NCBI GenBank assembly: GCA_964016885.1
Contig: OZ024742.1
Coordinates: 173,104,001-173,168,000, forward strand
Length of the DNA: 64,000 nucleotides
Reading direction: 5' to 3'
From: Eledone cirrhosa
Lineage: Eukaryota
The notes below the pieces were generated by a model. It had not been told where the DNA came from and made no database searches. It saw only the letters and a list, made by a program, of their open reading frames with translations. Below are positions 30,798 through 45,726 of this stretch, piece by piece; position 1 is the stretch's first letter, and every line of letters starts with the position of its first letter. The position numbers and the translations under genes are program-made.

Positions 30798-32503
30798 TAT
30801 ATAGAAACTGAAACTTTCCACTACAGTTTTACTCTAAATAAACATTATAATATTTGTCTCGTTATTAAAATTGTAGTTGTGGCTTACACAATTGGGTCTA
30901 ATTAAAATGCAACCACACCTCAAAACATTAATTATATAATCCGATTCAATGGAAACAATGATAATTAAAACATTCCAGATGGAGACTGCAACGAGGAGAT
31001 ATAAAATGACCATTATTTTTAAGTTTAAGCCATAGCTATTACTTCAGATTTGCATATTAATCAATTATACAGAATTATCTTGCCATAAAGGTGTACATAA
31101 TCATTATTTATGAAATTCAGCTTTTATGTCGTTCTATAAAATTAGCTAACAGGAAGAAGGCGTCTGTGAAACAGCTTGGTTTGGTTAACTTAGTTCTCAA
31201 GAGGAATGTGTTGTAAGATTTATGGTTGAAAGATATTCTACGATTTTGTGTTGAGAATTTAAGTGAAGTCACATGCAAGAAATATGATACCTTATACAAG
31301 AGACATAAAACATATAAGATCCGCATAATTTTACCTCCCAAGGTTTAATGTTAACATCAACAGCTGCATATTATAAATTGCTATATAGATTACATTATTG
31401 CCACAGATATTGCCTCTATTTTTTTTGTTTAAATATTTTGTAAATAACGGAAAAAAAACCCCCAAACAAATAAAACAATCATTTAGTCGAAGTCCAACCA
31501 AAACAACTTTCTTAAAATTTAATATGCAAATAAACATGGAACAGTGTAGAGGGAAGTGCGAATGGTAATTTTGACTATTTTGGATAGATCTTTATTGCAA
31601 ACGCTCAACTTCATTAAGCACATCAAAGGGATCTGAAAATGAACAGAGATCCAAATCGAAAATTGAAGTGGCTAGCCGGAACAACTTAAGAAAAGGAAAG
31701 TGTTGTTATTCAGATCACTATTTTTTGCTGTTTTAGTAGTTTAGAATTATTGCTTCTTACAATGACTTTCTAAAACTAGCAAATTATGTTAACATGATTT
31801 ATTTAAATTATAAAGCTAATGTTGGATATCCTTCTCTCGATTATCTATCGATAAAGGTTTTTAATATACGCCCAAATAACAAGAACATTTATTCCTCATT
31901 AATTATGAATGCTTACACCAAAACCGTCATTCAAGGCACTTGATATATTGGACATTTTATTCATAAATATTTGTTATGTGGCTTAATATGATTTGATACT
32001 TTGTGAAAATAGCAATTTTCCATATTTGATGTTAACGTTACAAATAATACGTTTATTCTTTATTCTTTAAGTGTTTCAAATCATTACATTGCGGTTATGT
32101 CGAGGAACCACCATTAAGAGATGCACTCAATAATATTGAACCCTTTACTTATGTTTTCAATTCGGCTATTTATTTTAGTGATAACGATTTGTGAAACTGT
32201 TCCTGCATTGGAACACATTTAGGAAAACAAAGGCCAAGATTCAAATGTCACTGCCTTGGCACGTAGGGTGGAAGTCTTCAAATCGGACCAGAGAAACAAT
32301 GTTTCCATTGGTCGCACCTTCTGGTTGGTAGATAGACGTGAAATAAAATGTCTTGCTCAGGGATATAATGCATCGCCCGGCTCAGAAATCGAACTAACAA
32401 CCTCACGGTTGCTAATCCAATATTCTAAAAACTAATTCACTTAGTATAAAGTAAGGTTAAACACAGCCACAAACCCACAATCATAAACACACACACATGT
32501 ACA

Positions 32504-32654
<151 letters not shown>

Positions 32655-32682
32655 TGTGTGTATATAAATAAATAAATATATG

Positions 32683-32760
32683 CAGTAATCCCCCATTTAT
32701 CGCGGGGGATACTTTCCAGGACCAACCACGATAAAGGGAAATCTGCGATATAGAGAAACC
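32683..32760 (+). mobile_element. pogo/Tigger-like DNA transposon terminus
   Basis: CAGTAATCCCCCATTTATCGCGGGGGATACTTTCCAGGACC...CGATAA resembles Tigger-type TIR/subterminal sequence; the other end was not found. Confidence 0.5.
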
Positions 32761-33968
32761 ATGAATATACCCGTTGTTTTCATAGTTCAAGACTTAAAAT
32801 ACCTCTCTTTTAAGTACATATACACTCATTAAAACTCACTTTTGTATTTAAACACCAACATCTGTCAGTAACTATCGTACCACTAGCAACTAATGACGAC
32901 CACTACCAGCCACTTGGTAATACACTGCACATCTCCCGTCAATGTATGAAGTGTTTGTAGTAGAGTAGAGAAAACACAATCAGAAAAAACAGTAACGGAA
33001 TGAAAAATATAAACATTTTTTTTATAGTTAAAGCCTTATGATGACCCTTACTTACGCTATACACTTCAATCACATCGAGTCTTATTTAGTAAGTTTAAAT
33101 TTTGAAAACATTTTATTCCTAATGTTTGTGTAATGTTAGTTTCTTTTTGTTTATTTGTCTTCCACTAAATAAAGTGTTGTGGTTTCGCAATTCTTTCCAC
33201 TTTTACCATATATTAGTTTGGTAAATCTTATATATATATACATATTATATATATGTATATATATATTATAAATATATTATATATATTATATATATATGTA
33301 TATATATGTATATATATATAAAAATATATATATATACAAAAATTAGAAGAATAGAGTGTTGCGTGGTTGCACTGGGGATACATATGAAAAAAATAGTCCT
33401 TCATCAGTGATTGTCCAACCTTCATTGGTATTTCATCGCTTTAAAAATCATATACCTCCAGTTGAGGCGAGCAATAGCTAAATACAGATATTGGGACAAG
33501 TAATATCGCGTAAAGCGAGCGAGACAAGTAAACAAACGTATCAGGTATAGCAACGGAAATATAGGAAGAAACAAGCACATGATATACGTTCAGCTTAAGC
33601 TGGGTGTATTTCATGGGCGAGAGAGATATACAGACCATCTGACGTGGGTGCGGTGTGAGTGAGAAAGGACCCCACACAGGCCAAACGGGAGGAAGTGAGA
33701 AGGGGAGAAGCAGAGAGTGAGTGAGTGAAAGTGCGAGGAAGAGTCCAGTCGAGAGAAAGTGTGACTGACAGAGGAGGCGAAAGAAGGTGAGAGATACAGA
33801 GAGAGGGGGAAGCAGTATGAGAGAAACAGACAAACGCAGCTGGGGAAAATATATATAAAAAAATGAGAAGAATTGAGTGCTGCGTGGTAGAACATGGGTA
33901 TATATATATATATGTATATATAAATATATATATAGTATATATAATATATATATATACTGTACATAGAA

Positions 33969-33999
<31 letters not shown>

Positions 34000-34002
<3 letters not shown>

Positions 34003-34634
34003 TAAGAATAATGAGTTCTAAACTGAAGCAGTCCTTTACAAAGAAAGAAGTATTTCTGAGCCGTGTAATACAAGTTAATATAAATTAATATATATGATAA
34101 AACACAAATACCAACATATAAGTGTTTGTATTGTAAATGACTGAGTTAGCTAGATTGAAAAATACTAATAATAATAATACAGTTTGCCTGTCTCGATTTA
34201 AAATATTGAATCAATAAAAACAAACGATATTGGCAAATGGCCGTGGTACTTGGACAAATTTAAACTTATAAATCAAACCTTTTCCGTAGATAAGTTTAAA
34301 CTTCAAAATCCAAATAAGTTTAGAAATGATAAAGTGTAAAAAATACCCCGTTCAGCTCTACTCAGCAAGTACCCTGAAGAATTGGTATGTTTCACTTCAA
34401 AATATTTAAAAAGACTGTTTAACGCACATGGTTTTCCAGTTTCTAGCTGCCGCATACTCGTTCTGCTAGAAATAACAGCCGTTTATATGGGGCTAAAATT
34501 AGCTCTACATAAGGAGCAGTGATACTAAGAATAATGAGTTCTAAACTCAAGCAGTCCTTTACAATTAGTATTTTTCAATCTAGCTAACTTAGTCATTTAC
34601 AATACAAACACTTATATGTTGGTATTTGTGCTTT

Positions 34635-34640
<6 letters not shown>
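34000..34640. repeat. Terminally redundant + fold-back element in (TA)n; homologous to 42190-43000
   Basis: Direct repeat 34000-34041/34523-34564; inverted repeat about 34094-34169/34564-34640. Confidence 0.85.
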
Positions 34641-34692
<52 letters not shown>

Positions 34693-34719
34693 CCTATGTA
34701 TTACAAGTTTTGGGCCAGG

Positions 34720-34795
<76 letters not shown>

Positions 34796-34963
34796 CCTGG
34801 CCTTAAAGTCGCATTACGTAGGAAATTTTATTTTTATGTTTCTATATTTATTTTGAATAAATAGTTTTTTATAAAACACACACTCACACACACACACACA
34901 AATACATACACACACACACACACACACAGACATACACCCCCCCACACACATATATATATATTG

Positions 34964-35660
34964 ATATTCATTCTCAGCCCCACACTCATCGTCACATTCT
35001 CCACCTCCTGTATCAACTCCTCTGCCTCCTTCACTTTGTTTGTCACCAGAATTATGTCGTCAGCAAATTCAGCATCTGATATCGTTTTCGCCTTAACATT
35101 CCTGCTCTAAGCATTAATGAGATTAATATGATGTATCAGGTAGAGAACATTAAGAAGCCAGAGAAGATTATGAATGTAGGTGGGAACGTGCTAGAATTGG
35201 TAGAGGACTTCCTGCATCTGGAAGCAAAGATTGGGAACACGGAGGATGATATGTTTGAGAGGAAGAGCAGAGTCTGGGTGGTGTGCCACAGTTTGAGATT
35301 AGGGGGAACGTTGGATCTTCATAAAGACCTGAAGATCCGTCTCTTCGTTGCTACAGTTGAGTCTGTGCCATTGTACGTGTCTGCGACTTGGACACTGACC
35401 ACGAAACACACTTAGATGGCGGATGGGGGCTACACATTATTGCTGGCGATGGACCTGAACATTACTCAGTATACACCGAGGAAGAAGAACTCAGACCTGT
35501 ACGGTAGCTTCGCAAATGTCAGCTGGAAATAACACAGAGGAGACTGAGTTTAGCTGGACATGCTCACCGACATTCATAGTTGACACGGCAATCAGTGCTC
35601 CTGTGGGAACCCCTGCACGGACACACTAGACGAGGGAGACCGAGGTTGACATATGCTGGG
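34964..35660 (+). mobile_element. RTE-type LINE fragment with 5' inversion
   Basis: 34964-35105 (-) encodes DAEFADDIILVTNKVKEAEELIQEVENVTMSVGLRMN. 35128-35660 (+) continues with VEDFLHL..., KIRLFVATVESVPLYVSATWTLT, RRLSLAGHAHRH, LLWEPLHG. Confidence 0.88.
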
Positions 35661-37207
35661 AATATTACCCGCCCTATATATATATATAATTAATATATAC
35701 AGAGAGAGAGAGAGAGGGGGGAGGGTTGTTAATTTGGAAATAGCCCGGAAAATATATCTAAGGATCTGTTTTTCGTTTCTTTCCTATATGTGATTCGTCC
35801 TAATGACATCATTGAACAAGTGGGAGGGACTATTCTTTTAGAAAAGCGTTTTATAATGTATATACAATGTATACATGTATATATAGATATGTGATATATA
35901 TATATATATGTCATTGATAATATATATATTTAACCTGATTGTATTTTTAAGGATGTTGGCCGACCGCCACAACTTCGATTTTACTATATATATATATTAT
36001 CAGTAATATACATCACACATATCTACATATACATGTAAACATGCCAATGAATTTCACTGACAAGACATTTATCAAGCCCGAGTATCTGGTAGAGGACACT
36101 TGCTCAATGTGCCACGGTATGTGTCTCAACGTGCAACGATGGGTTAGCGAAGAGAACTCTGTAACTGCACAACCATGCCTGCTTTATAATGGCTGTAGTG
36201 GACATACATTCTGATTGGTGAATTAATGATTACAAATTGCGACGTTCCATAGCTTTGACTTCAACATAATTTCTAAAGATGCAGTTTATGATATTATGAA
36301 AGTATTGAAACAACGTCAAATATCGTTGTTCACAGATTCCATTTAATTCTGCCACGGCCATTGTCCACATGACATGCAAGCAAGGGTATATGACATTTTA
36401 TAACCAGTCATGTTTATAACCTTTTGTGCTGAAACGTGCTAATTGAGCATATACTTAATCCGAATATGTATGAAGAGATTATTTCAAATATCTAACTATC
36501 TAAATTTATTCTACGTGCTTCTATTGTATTACGCACCATGTGTCTCGCACATGAATCAGTGACAATGAATTAAATCATGGCTACATGCAGATTGGAATTC
36601 ATACTTAATCCATCTACTTATAAGGACAATTTTAATACCTCAACGTAGAATCAGATTTAGTGCACCTTAGATAGGGAGAGGGTGCGCTTCAAAAGTAAAA
36701 TATTTAAGGAAGACGATTGACGCATTGACATTCTAATCGATATTGCGAAACAGTATTTAATATTCTGACTACACGTTTTCCAAACATTTATTAGCTATAT
36801 TAGAAATTATAACGTGAGAATTTACTCTATACTGTGAATTAGGTATTATTAGCTGAGATAATTTTGACACGTTTATTTAACATTTTTTTTTTTAGATAAC
36901 AGGTTGTTACCATCAATTAAGGTTTTTATGATCAGTTTATATCTAATTACACTTCCTTGCTATATCACTCTAATTCATGAAGTCAGACAATGTTGTCTAA
37001 AAAAGGGGGAGAATCGGCAGAGATGCTAGAGTCCAAATCTGCAGTGGTCAATAAAGCAACAGTCCAGACACAATGAATTGGTAGAATTGTTAAAGAGTTG
37101 GAATGTATGGTTTCCGCGTTTCGGATGCGACTTTATTCTTTCTGAGTTTATTGTTCTGGATGTTGTTACAAATAACTTTGTTATAATAATTCTCTTTCAT
37201 GTTTCAG

Positions 37208-37336
37208 ACAAAACTTTATGTCTCGTTAAATAGTTGTTTTTGCATATTTTTTTTGGTTACAGTAACAGCAACCTCGTGTTGTTCTGTCTATGGACACATT
37301 ATATTTGGTGATAATAAACATGCATTTACTCGCGCT
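37208..37336 (+). pseudogene. Candidate phase-0 exon (129 nt) encoding a hydrophobic helix + FG motif; TRP/polycystin S5-pore-like
   Basis: Pyrimidine-rich TTCTCTTTCATGTTTCAG acceptor and GCT|GTGAGT donor; peptide TKLYVSLNSCFCIFFLVTVTATSCCSVYGHIIFGDNKHAFTRA. The family is an inference. Confidence 0.35.
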
Positions 37337-39299
37337 GTGAGTATTTTACGCTGTTTTCATATCATTGTATATATGTATTCCGTATTCGCCAATCCTCGTC
37401 TGTAGTTGCTTACATAAGAAGAGATACGAAGGTATGAATTATTTTAAGGACATAAACATAGACTTAACCTCGCCCATGATAGAATGTAGGAATAGAACAG
37501 TAACTATCTAGAGACATATAATTGACTTTATGTCTTGACTGGATTTTGTGGATGAATTGCAAAGTTTTTGTTTCCGAGGATCTGATAAATTTATCATTTA
37601 AAGTTTGGAGATATTTTCGTTTTTTAAAAAGAAATATATATATAATTTTCAATTGATGTTATTTTTTGTTAGTAAAATTCGCACAAAATGAAATAACTGA
37701 CAGAATTCCAGCCATAGCCTTGTTCATTACTCAATTTTTCTATGGCCTACGTTTGTCAATCTCTTTGCGATGAACCCAGGACAGTGATCATTGATCATCG
37801 ATCTCAATCAGGTGAACGGTAACTTCCTAAGGTCAATTCATATGCAAGATTAAGAAGAACCAATAAAGTATCGAAGCCTTCGAATGACTATGAGGTTTAC
37901 ACGTAGAAAGTTACCCTCCGTGGCACAACCACGGACAAGGTTCGTTGTTGTAAGATTAGCACCATTACTGTATACCAGTTCCTTTCTACACACCAGCAGT
38001 GTTGGCCAAGTGAAAGGCAAAGACCGATAGAACTTGGCACCACCAGTTTCGTTGCAACCTTTCATTTACTGTTGAGTGAACAAGAGCAATGTGAAATAAA
38101 GTGTATTGCACAAGGGCTCGATGCACTGCCCGCGAACTCTCAGCCTCGCTATTGAGAATCCAAAGCTCTAATCAGTAAGACACACGCCTTCACTATTCTC
38201 TATTCTATCCTCCTCTCTTTCTTTGTTGTATATACATACACACACACGCGCGCGCGCGCACGCACACGCTCACACTCACACTCACACTCTCACACACACA
38301 CACGCACACACACATATATATATATATTTATATATTCAGGATTACAAGCCCCCATAATGATTGATTGCCTATTTGAGACAATTGCAGAAAGTTTACTTTC
38401 CTATTGTGGGATTGCTTTAAGTATTTTATGAACTAAGATTGGTATACTAGCATATTAATAGACTCTCGGATGAATTACCATTGCGGTATTTTTGCTGGTT
38501 ATTTACGTGCTAATTTCAAAGAATACATGGTGGTGGATATAATGTAACACTGAAGAAAAATGTTTAGAATAATCAGGCTAGATCCATACTGAAATTTTGC
38601 TGGCCTTGTGCCTAAATTATAAATCAATATTTGCTGCTCTGTCCGAAATTATGATGTAAATACCTACAACACATAGAAGCAGACAAGAGATTTATCAACC
38701 AGTTTTCACATACATCTACCGCATCTCTTTATCATAATCGTAGCATAACGTAGTTACGAAGTGTTATAGTCCCTAGTGTAATGTACGCTTTATACGTTAC
38801 ACGGCTCTTTTAAAACAGATTAGACTTTCTATCAGATAACTGAGTGAAACCATATGAAGACGGCCGAAACAGGCAGCTGAATGCTGATAATGCAATTGTT
38901 GTTGATTTTGACGATACCGATTATGATGAGGATAATGTTGATGATGATGACACAAAAGATGATGATGATGATGATAATGAAAAGGATGAATATGATGATA
39001 GTGACGATTATGATGATGATGTAAACCACCCAGTAACATATTAGTAATCTATTATCGTAGAGTCGGTTGCATTTTTTTAATATTAGAACAGACGAGTAAG
39101 ATTGTTAACCTGTTTTGTTAATAAATAAAGAACGACTAGCAGAAAAATTCCAGAGACGTCTGCTATTAGGAAAACAAGTAGTAAATCGGACGTTCAGTTT
39201 TAGCGTACTAATAAATTTAGTACGTGCACTTCACATAAGTAAATATAAATAATTGTTCAACTTTTGGCTCAAGGCCAGCAATGACCCGGTACATTATAA

Positions 39300-40280
39300 G
39301 TAAATATAAATAATGGCAACCAGCTCCCGCTCGAGTATAGCCATTGGTTGAATTTTCACGTTTCTGAGTGTGTATAGCACTGATGATATGTTTTAGGCCT
39401 GCAAGAGTCATACATTCTCTGACACAGATGATACAGAAATGGCCTTTGGCAACAAGAATCGCTGGCTGGTATCCATGTGCTTTAATATGCCGATTCAGGC
39501 CTCGTGTTGTTTGGTAGAGCTTACAATATTGATGGGAGATTGTTATACCATATGCACCAACGTATTCGGCATCAGCCTCTTTACATGCCTCTTTTTGTGA
39601 CTGTTTAATCCAGCTTTTCTGAGGTCGAATCACCGACACCCATTGCCTGTCACCTCTTCTTGGTCTTCCACACTACCTGGCAATTCCACTTTCAAGTCCT
39701 TCTTTACTTACGTTTTTAATCTTTCATAATTTCTTCGGTCCATTCCAAAGTGCCGTTTCACCACATATAGAGCTTCCCTCCATGGCGTTCAATCGTCTCC
39801 AGTCTCCATCAGAGATGCCAGCTTTCATAAAAAATGTATTCACCTTGACCTTGATACACATCTTAGATTTGTGATGGTTACTTTTGGCATCCGTCAGCTC
39901 TCCATAACGGAGTTCTTTGGGTAACCTACAGAACTCTACTATCACCATATATCCCACCCATTGGAGTCGGTGTCGCAACATAATCGACACGATGATCTAA
40001 CAGTGAATTCGTGTAAGGACCTCAGCATAACTCACATATATCCGCCAGTGTTGACCCACAATTCACCGACGTCACTGTTGGTGAAAGCGGCGTACCTCTT
40101 TTAGATGTTTTCGGTAAGTAACCAACCTCACACAAGCTTACAGTAGAGAAGACAAGAACATTAACCTACACCGTAACTTTAGTATCAATGGAGATTCTGC
40201 GTTGAGACCATAGTCATTTATTCAACTTTTCGAAGTCATCACTATCTTTGCTGATTCTTAATATTTCATTGTCAAAGATG
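39300..40280 (-). mobile_element. Degenerate RTE (BovB-like) LINE 3' portion
   Basis: HRLQWVGY...RLPKELRYGEL; terminal fingers CKLYQTTRGLNRHIKAH and CIICVRECMTLAGLKH; multiple frameshifts. Confidence 0.8.
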
Positions 40281-40879
40281 CAGGATACACTTACTTTACG
40301 GCTAACATACACAAACATGACTACCACCAGGAAATCCTGGTGGTAGAAATGTTTGTGTATGTTCGCAGTAAAGTATACACTCAGATATCTTGTTGTATGT
40401 ATTATTTTCTGAGTGCCGACTAGTACATGACCACAGTGATTTCCAATCTGATGTTTAAACCACGCGTAGATCACGCACTGCCGAGTCTATTGGGAGCTTC
40501 TCTTAATGGAGCAATTACATATACATACACACGTATGTACCGATATATAAAAGAGAGCGAGAGAGAGAGAGAGAAAGAGAAAGAGATATGTAAATTTACA
40601 TAACCGTGCAAGTTGAGCATTATGGGTGCGTTCACTTTCCTCCAATATACAAATACACATGTTCTTAAAAGATACTAATCCCATTTTATACATACACAGT
40701 CAATAACTAAATAAAAGCATTGTAATATTGCGTAATTACTTCTAAATTATTCAATACCAAATCGTCGACCTGTGAATTGTGTAAGCCGAACTGATTATAT
40801 GTTTGAAATGTTTGAAAACATATCTGATCAAGCGAAACTCACCTGTTTCGGATCACACCAAAATCAACATACTGACTGC

Positions 40880-42084
40880 GGATTTGGTACGGGTGATGAG
40901 AAACGTGTCCCGCATGTGCAACCACAAATCACTAGAGAGAGACATACAACATTAGATTCACCGTATGCAGTTCTCTGGTTACAATCATATAAAATCAGAG
41001 TATATAGAGGAGCCAGAACCAAATGGGAAAACATGGTAAATAATGATGCAAATAAGACTTGCCCCTTGTATAGGAGCAAATTTTGGAATAAAATAGAAAG
41101 AACTAGGAATACGTTTAATAGAATAAACTCATGGTATGATAGCAATAAATACCAGAGTGTAATGTTCATCAATACAACCCCTAGAGGTGAATTAGCTTAC
41201 AAATTAGAAGGGCCCTAGCTAAACTTAAACTAAATATTAAGATAGTAGAAAGAACATGTATTTCCAGAAAAACACTTATTAGTAATACATACCCATTTCA
41301 AAGACCTCCCTGTATAGATAAGAAATGCATAATCTGTAAACTAAGCCCTGCATATTAACTGAAAAACTAGAAACATAGTATATAACATAAGATGTACTGA
41401 AGGACAATGTAAATATAAGAATATAGTGTACATAGGTGAGACAGCTCGCATTATAGCAGAACGATTAAATGAACACTGGCGTGAGATTCAAGATAGAAAA
41501 GAATCATCAGTACACCACCAACATGCTAAAATTGAAAATAACGGAAAATTAGAGAACATAGAAATAAAAATAAAATCTACACACAGAAAAGACGCAATGT
41601 TTAGACAGATCACAGAGGCAATAAACATAAATGAACTCCAACCAAAATTAAATAGAAAACATGAATGGAATAGCAACACCACAGCTTACACTTAAGGACA
41701 AAATGAAAACACACACACACACAGAACAAACAACCAACCAGTAACATGTAAATAAACAAATAAATACACAAATAAAAACACACACAGACACCCGGATGTA
41801 ACACATGCGCAAACTAAGCACACAACACACACAAAAACAAGACGGCGTAGGACAGAACAAAGGAGAGACACAAAACGAAGAAAATAATCCCCACTCAGTG
41901 AAAAGGTCACATAATGTGTGACGAAAGAACTTTGACAATATCTGAACAACCGTCCGATTGTGGAACCAACCAGCCAACAGGAAATTTATAAATTTTTTAA
42001 ATTTATAATTTAATTTATAATAAATTGGAGTGAAAGCAGCTGGTGCGTGTGTTTCTTATTAGCCACATGACCCTCCCAAAGTAT

Positions 42085-42092
<8 letters not shown>
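40880..42092 (+). mobile_element. 5'-truncated PLE: RT thumb remnant, GIY-YIG (41426-41695), 3' UTR/pLTR ending in (TA)n
   Basis: PLYRSKFWNK..., SVMFINTTPRGEL, NIVYNIRC...YIGETARIIAERLNEH...RQITEAININELQPKLNRKHEW; degenerate HHR at 41893-41937. Confidence 0.88.
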
Positions 42093-42175
<83 letters not shown>

Positions 42176-42189
42176 CATATATATACATG

Positions 42190-42999
42190 AAAATACATTA
42201 AAATATATGATAAACACAAAACGTGTTTGCATTGTAACAGACAAAGTTAGCTATTAATGAAATAAGCTAATTAAAGTTAATACAATTTGTCTGTCTCTAT
42301 ATAAGTCAATAAAGACAAGCTTATATTGGCAAAGGCCAATGTGTTTATCATATATTTTAATGTATTTAACTGCTCGGAAATGCCCCTTTTCTTGGAGCTG
42401 GATTATTGTAAACGACTGACAGTTTATTCTCAAAATATAATATATTATATTCCTCCTTAACTGTAGAGCTGATCTTTAATCCCGCATAAACGGCTGTTAT
42501 TTCTAGCACCGGGAATGCGGGACGGCTAATTTGGCCTGGCTGCACACGTGTAGTCAGACCTGCTAAATTTTTGATGTGAAATATACTAATTTTACTCGGT
42601 TCCTGTTGATAAGCACAGAAGATGTGGATATTTCACTTTTTATTTCAATTCCATTTCGATTCTCTTTATTTTTCAATACACGTACCACCGTTGCGAAACG
42701 GATTTAGGTTTCGAGGTTCAAATTCGTCTACGGAACAGGTTTGGATTTTGAAATTTAAATTTGTCGAGGAACCATGGCCTTTGCCAATATAAGCTTGTCT
42801 TTATTGACTAATATCGATACAGACAAATTGTATTCACTTTAATTAGTTTATTTCATTAATAGCTAACTTTGTCTGTTACAATGCAAACACGTTTTGTGTT
42901 TATCATATATTTTAATGTATTTAACTGCTCGGAAATGCCCCTTTTCTTGGAGCTGGATTATTGTAAACGACTGAGAGTTTATTCTCAAAATATAATATA

Positions 43000-43000
<1 letters not shown>
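42190..43000. repeat. Terminally redundant + fold-back element in (TA)n
   Basis: Inverted repeat about 42191-42339/42774-42922; direct repeat about 42341-42444/42895-42998. Confidence 0.88.
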
Positions 43001-43041
<41 letters not shown>

Positions 43042-44988
43042 ATGTGTGTGTGTATGAAAAGTGGATTGAATTAAAAGAATTCACTGTATTTCTTTTTTTT
43101 ACTACAGATAATAGTATATTAACACGGCGTACAAACCCTCAGAAAAAAAACAAATATAGAGATCAGCATGTGGTAAGTGTGTTAGTCGGTTACACGACAT
43201 TGCTCACCCGCTTTATCCGTTAGGTTTACATGCTTAATAGCAATATATATGTAAACATTTAACCGTTAGTGAGACGGTGATGGAATTTGAAAATTGAATA
43301 GAACTTGGAGCATTCATCGTATTGTTTATATCCGAAATTAATCTAATAAAAGGGAGTAAAATTTCGCAGAACAGTGGGCTCGTAAAAATCAACGTGCTAT
43401 TCACTGAGTGTTCCAACGAGAGCATCAGTGTGATATAGTTGCCGACAAGGCTGGATGTTTGACTTAGTGTTTCAAGCTATCCACAAGCCTTAGGGTGACT
43501 CAAGTGTATGGTTAACGGCACATGTTCAAGATGTCACACTTGGGGCGGGGTCTAACCCAGGACCAAATGATTTCGAATGAATCTTTTTAACTGTTAGGTC
43601 ACTTGAAATATATACATATTACATGAAACATAAAATATATGATGTTAGATATGAGATGAAAAGACAAAATAAATAAATATAATTATATCGTTTGGGTTGA
43701 ACTGAAAAATATGAAAATGAATACTTTATATTCACTCAATTCTCAATTAAATAATCGATTTCTCATGAAGTTATATTTATATTTAAATGTTTATATTTTG
43801 TTTTATTTTTAATTAAAAAAATATTTGTTTAATCTTTGTCTGGGCATTTTCCGTGTGTTCCTGATATTTTCTTCATTATTATTTTTTTTCAATTACTTGT
43901 TGGATACAACATTTTAGTTGTAATAAAAGAAGTATCATCATTTATGAAAAAGGTCGGGATTAGGGTGCAGTCAAATTAATTAGGCAAGTGCAATGTTTCA
44001 ATGATACTGATTTTCAATGATAATGATTTTTGGAAATATCAATGGTATGTTGATCATAATTTACATGTGTGTAAGACAAAATTGGTGTAGCTGCGTGGCA
44101 TAGTGGCTACAGTGTGGGATTCACTATTATAAACTCGATAAGTTCAATTCCAGGACCGGCAGTGCGCTGCAGTATAGAGCAATGTAATCCCTTTCATGTT
44201 CCTTATCAGGACAGGACTGGAGCCTCCATGAAAAAAAACAAATGAAAATCAAAGATGACCACGGTAGCATATGAAACCAGAATGCAAAAGGGTGTAAAGG
44301 AATATTGCAATCCATATCTTTCGACGATCTAATGATTCTGCGATTTCTTTCTAATATTGATATCGTTAAAGATGAACAATCTGTCTTAATCAACTAAAAT
44401 ATGACACAGTTCGCTGGGATCGAATATTTTTGTTCGATCAATATTATTGATTTTCAAAATGTGTGCAACGGCACACATTTTTGCGTAAGGTGCTTAGTCG
44501 AGTGAATTGAGAAAAATACACGACCTATATACATATTTGTGTTGTATATGAAAGTATATACAAACCAGTACTCTCGTCAAAATGAGCATTTCCTGCAGAT
44601 GATACATAGGCAAAATCTATATAATGTATGGCTTATATAAGCCTTATCCCTGAGTGACTAAATATTATTTACAAGGGAGAAAAATATTGAGATACTAGTG
44701 TTTAGTATCCTCTTACGGCTACTGAAGCAGCTACAGCATGATCACGGCTTACAATGCTAATAGCTTGACATGTATTCGCATTATCTATGAGCAAATTGTT
44801 GATGATTTCATATACGACACCATTTTAAATCACGCTATGTTAGAACTAGTACTAATTCATACCAACCCACCAAGATTCCATCATATAGGTGTGATCCTCC
44901 TATTAGATGTATCATAATGAACATATATATATCTATCTATCTATCTATCTATCTATGTCTCTCTCTATATATATATAAATATATATAT

Positions 44989-45135
44989 GTCCCTCTTGCT
45001 TCTGGTGGACACCACCAGAGGGCGTTAACCGCGGTGTCTGCATAGCAACGGCTTCCTAAAGGCGTGTTTCTTTAGAAGTACGAAATGCCTATACATATTT
45101 GTATAAAGCTATGGTTGAAGCGAAATCTTATTTTA
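44989..45135 (+). repeat. Partial copy of the 58204-58865 family
   Basis: Aligns with 58765-58860 and with the reverse complement of 58204-58360. Confidence 0.75.
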
Positions 45136-45282
45136 TATATATATATATACACACACACACATACACACACACATATATATATATATACATATATACACAC
45201 GCACACACACATATATATATATATATACATATATTTTCCTATATATATGTATATATATATGTATGTAATATATATATATGTA

Positions 45283-45340
<58 letters not shown>

Positions 45341-45691
45341 TAAAAATTAGCGAGAATCGAATTTCAGCCCATGAAATAACGAAAATACACTTTCGAATTG
45401 TGAGGCAAGCGATCTATAATTCAAATGAATTAGAGCTTACAACTTACGTTAAAGGCCAAACACACTGACATGGTGGTTAAACTAATTATCCACACAGTGA
45501 AGATTCGATCTCCTATTTCGGGTCAAACAGATATACAGATATAAAAATATATGAAAGCATAAATGTTTTATACTCACCCGGACCCCTGGAATGATGGTAA
45601 AGTCCAGTGTTGGGGTTTCTGCGGCTCCATAAGTCATTTACTGTCCACTTACATAAAGGATGTTAAGTTTCTCGTATCGTGACTGAACTAG

Positions 45692-45726
<35 letters not shown>

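Noticed and set aside
33395-33440. CTGATGA on the minus strand as a hammerhead
   Set aside because: No correctly placed GAAA or closing stems.
38797-39044. Asp-rich / His-rich ORFs
   Set aside because: Degenerate (GAT)n microsatellite.
42462-42506. Hammerhead in the 34.0/42.2-kb family (CTGATCT...TAAA-CGGCTG-TT)
   Set aside because: The core deviates at several invariant positions in both copies; not supportable without a consensus.
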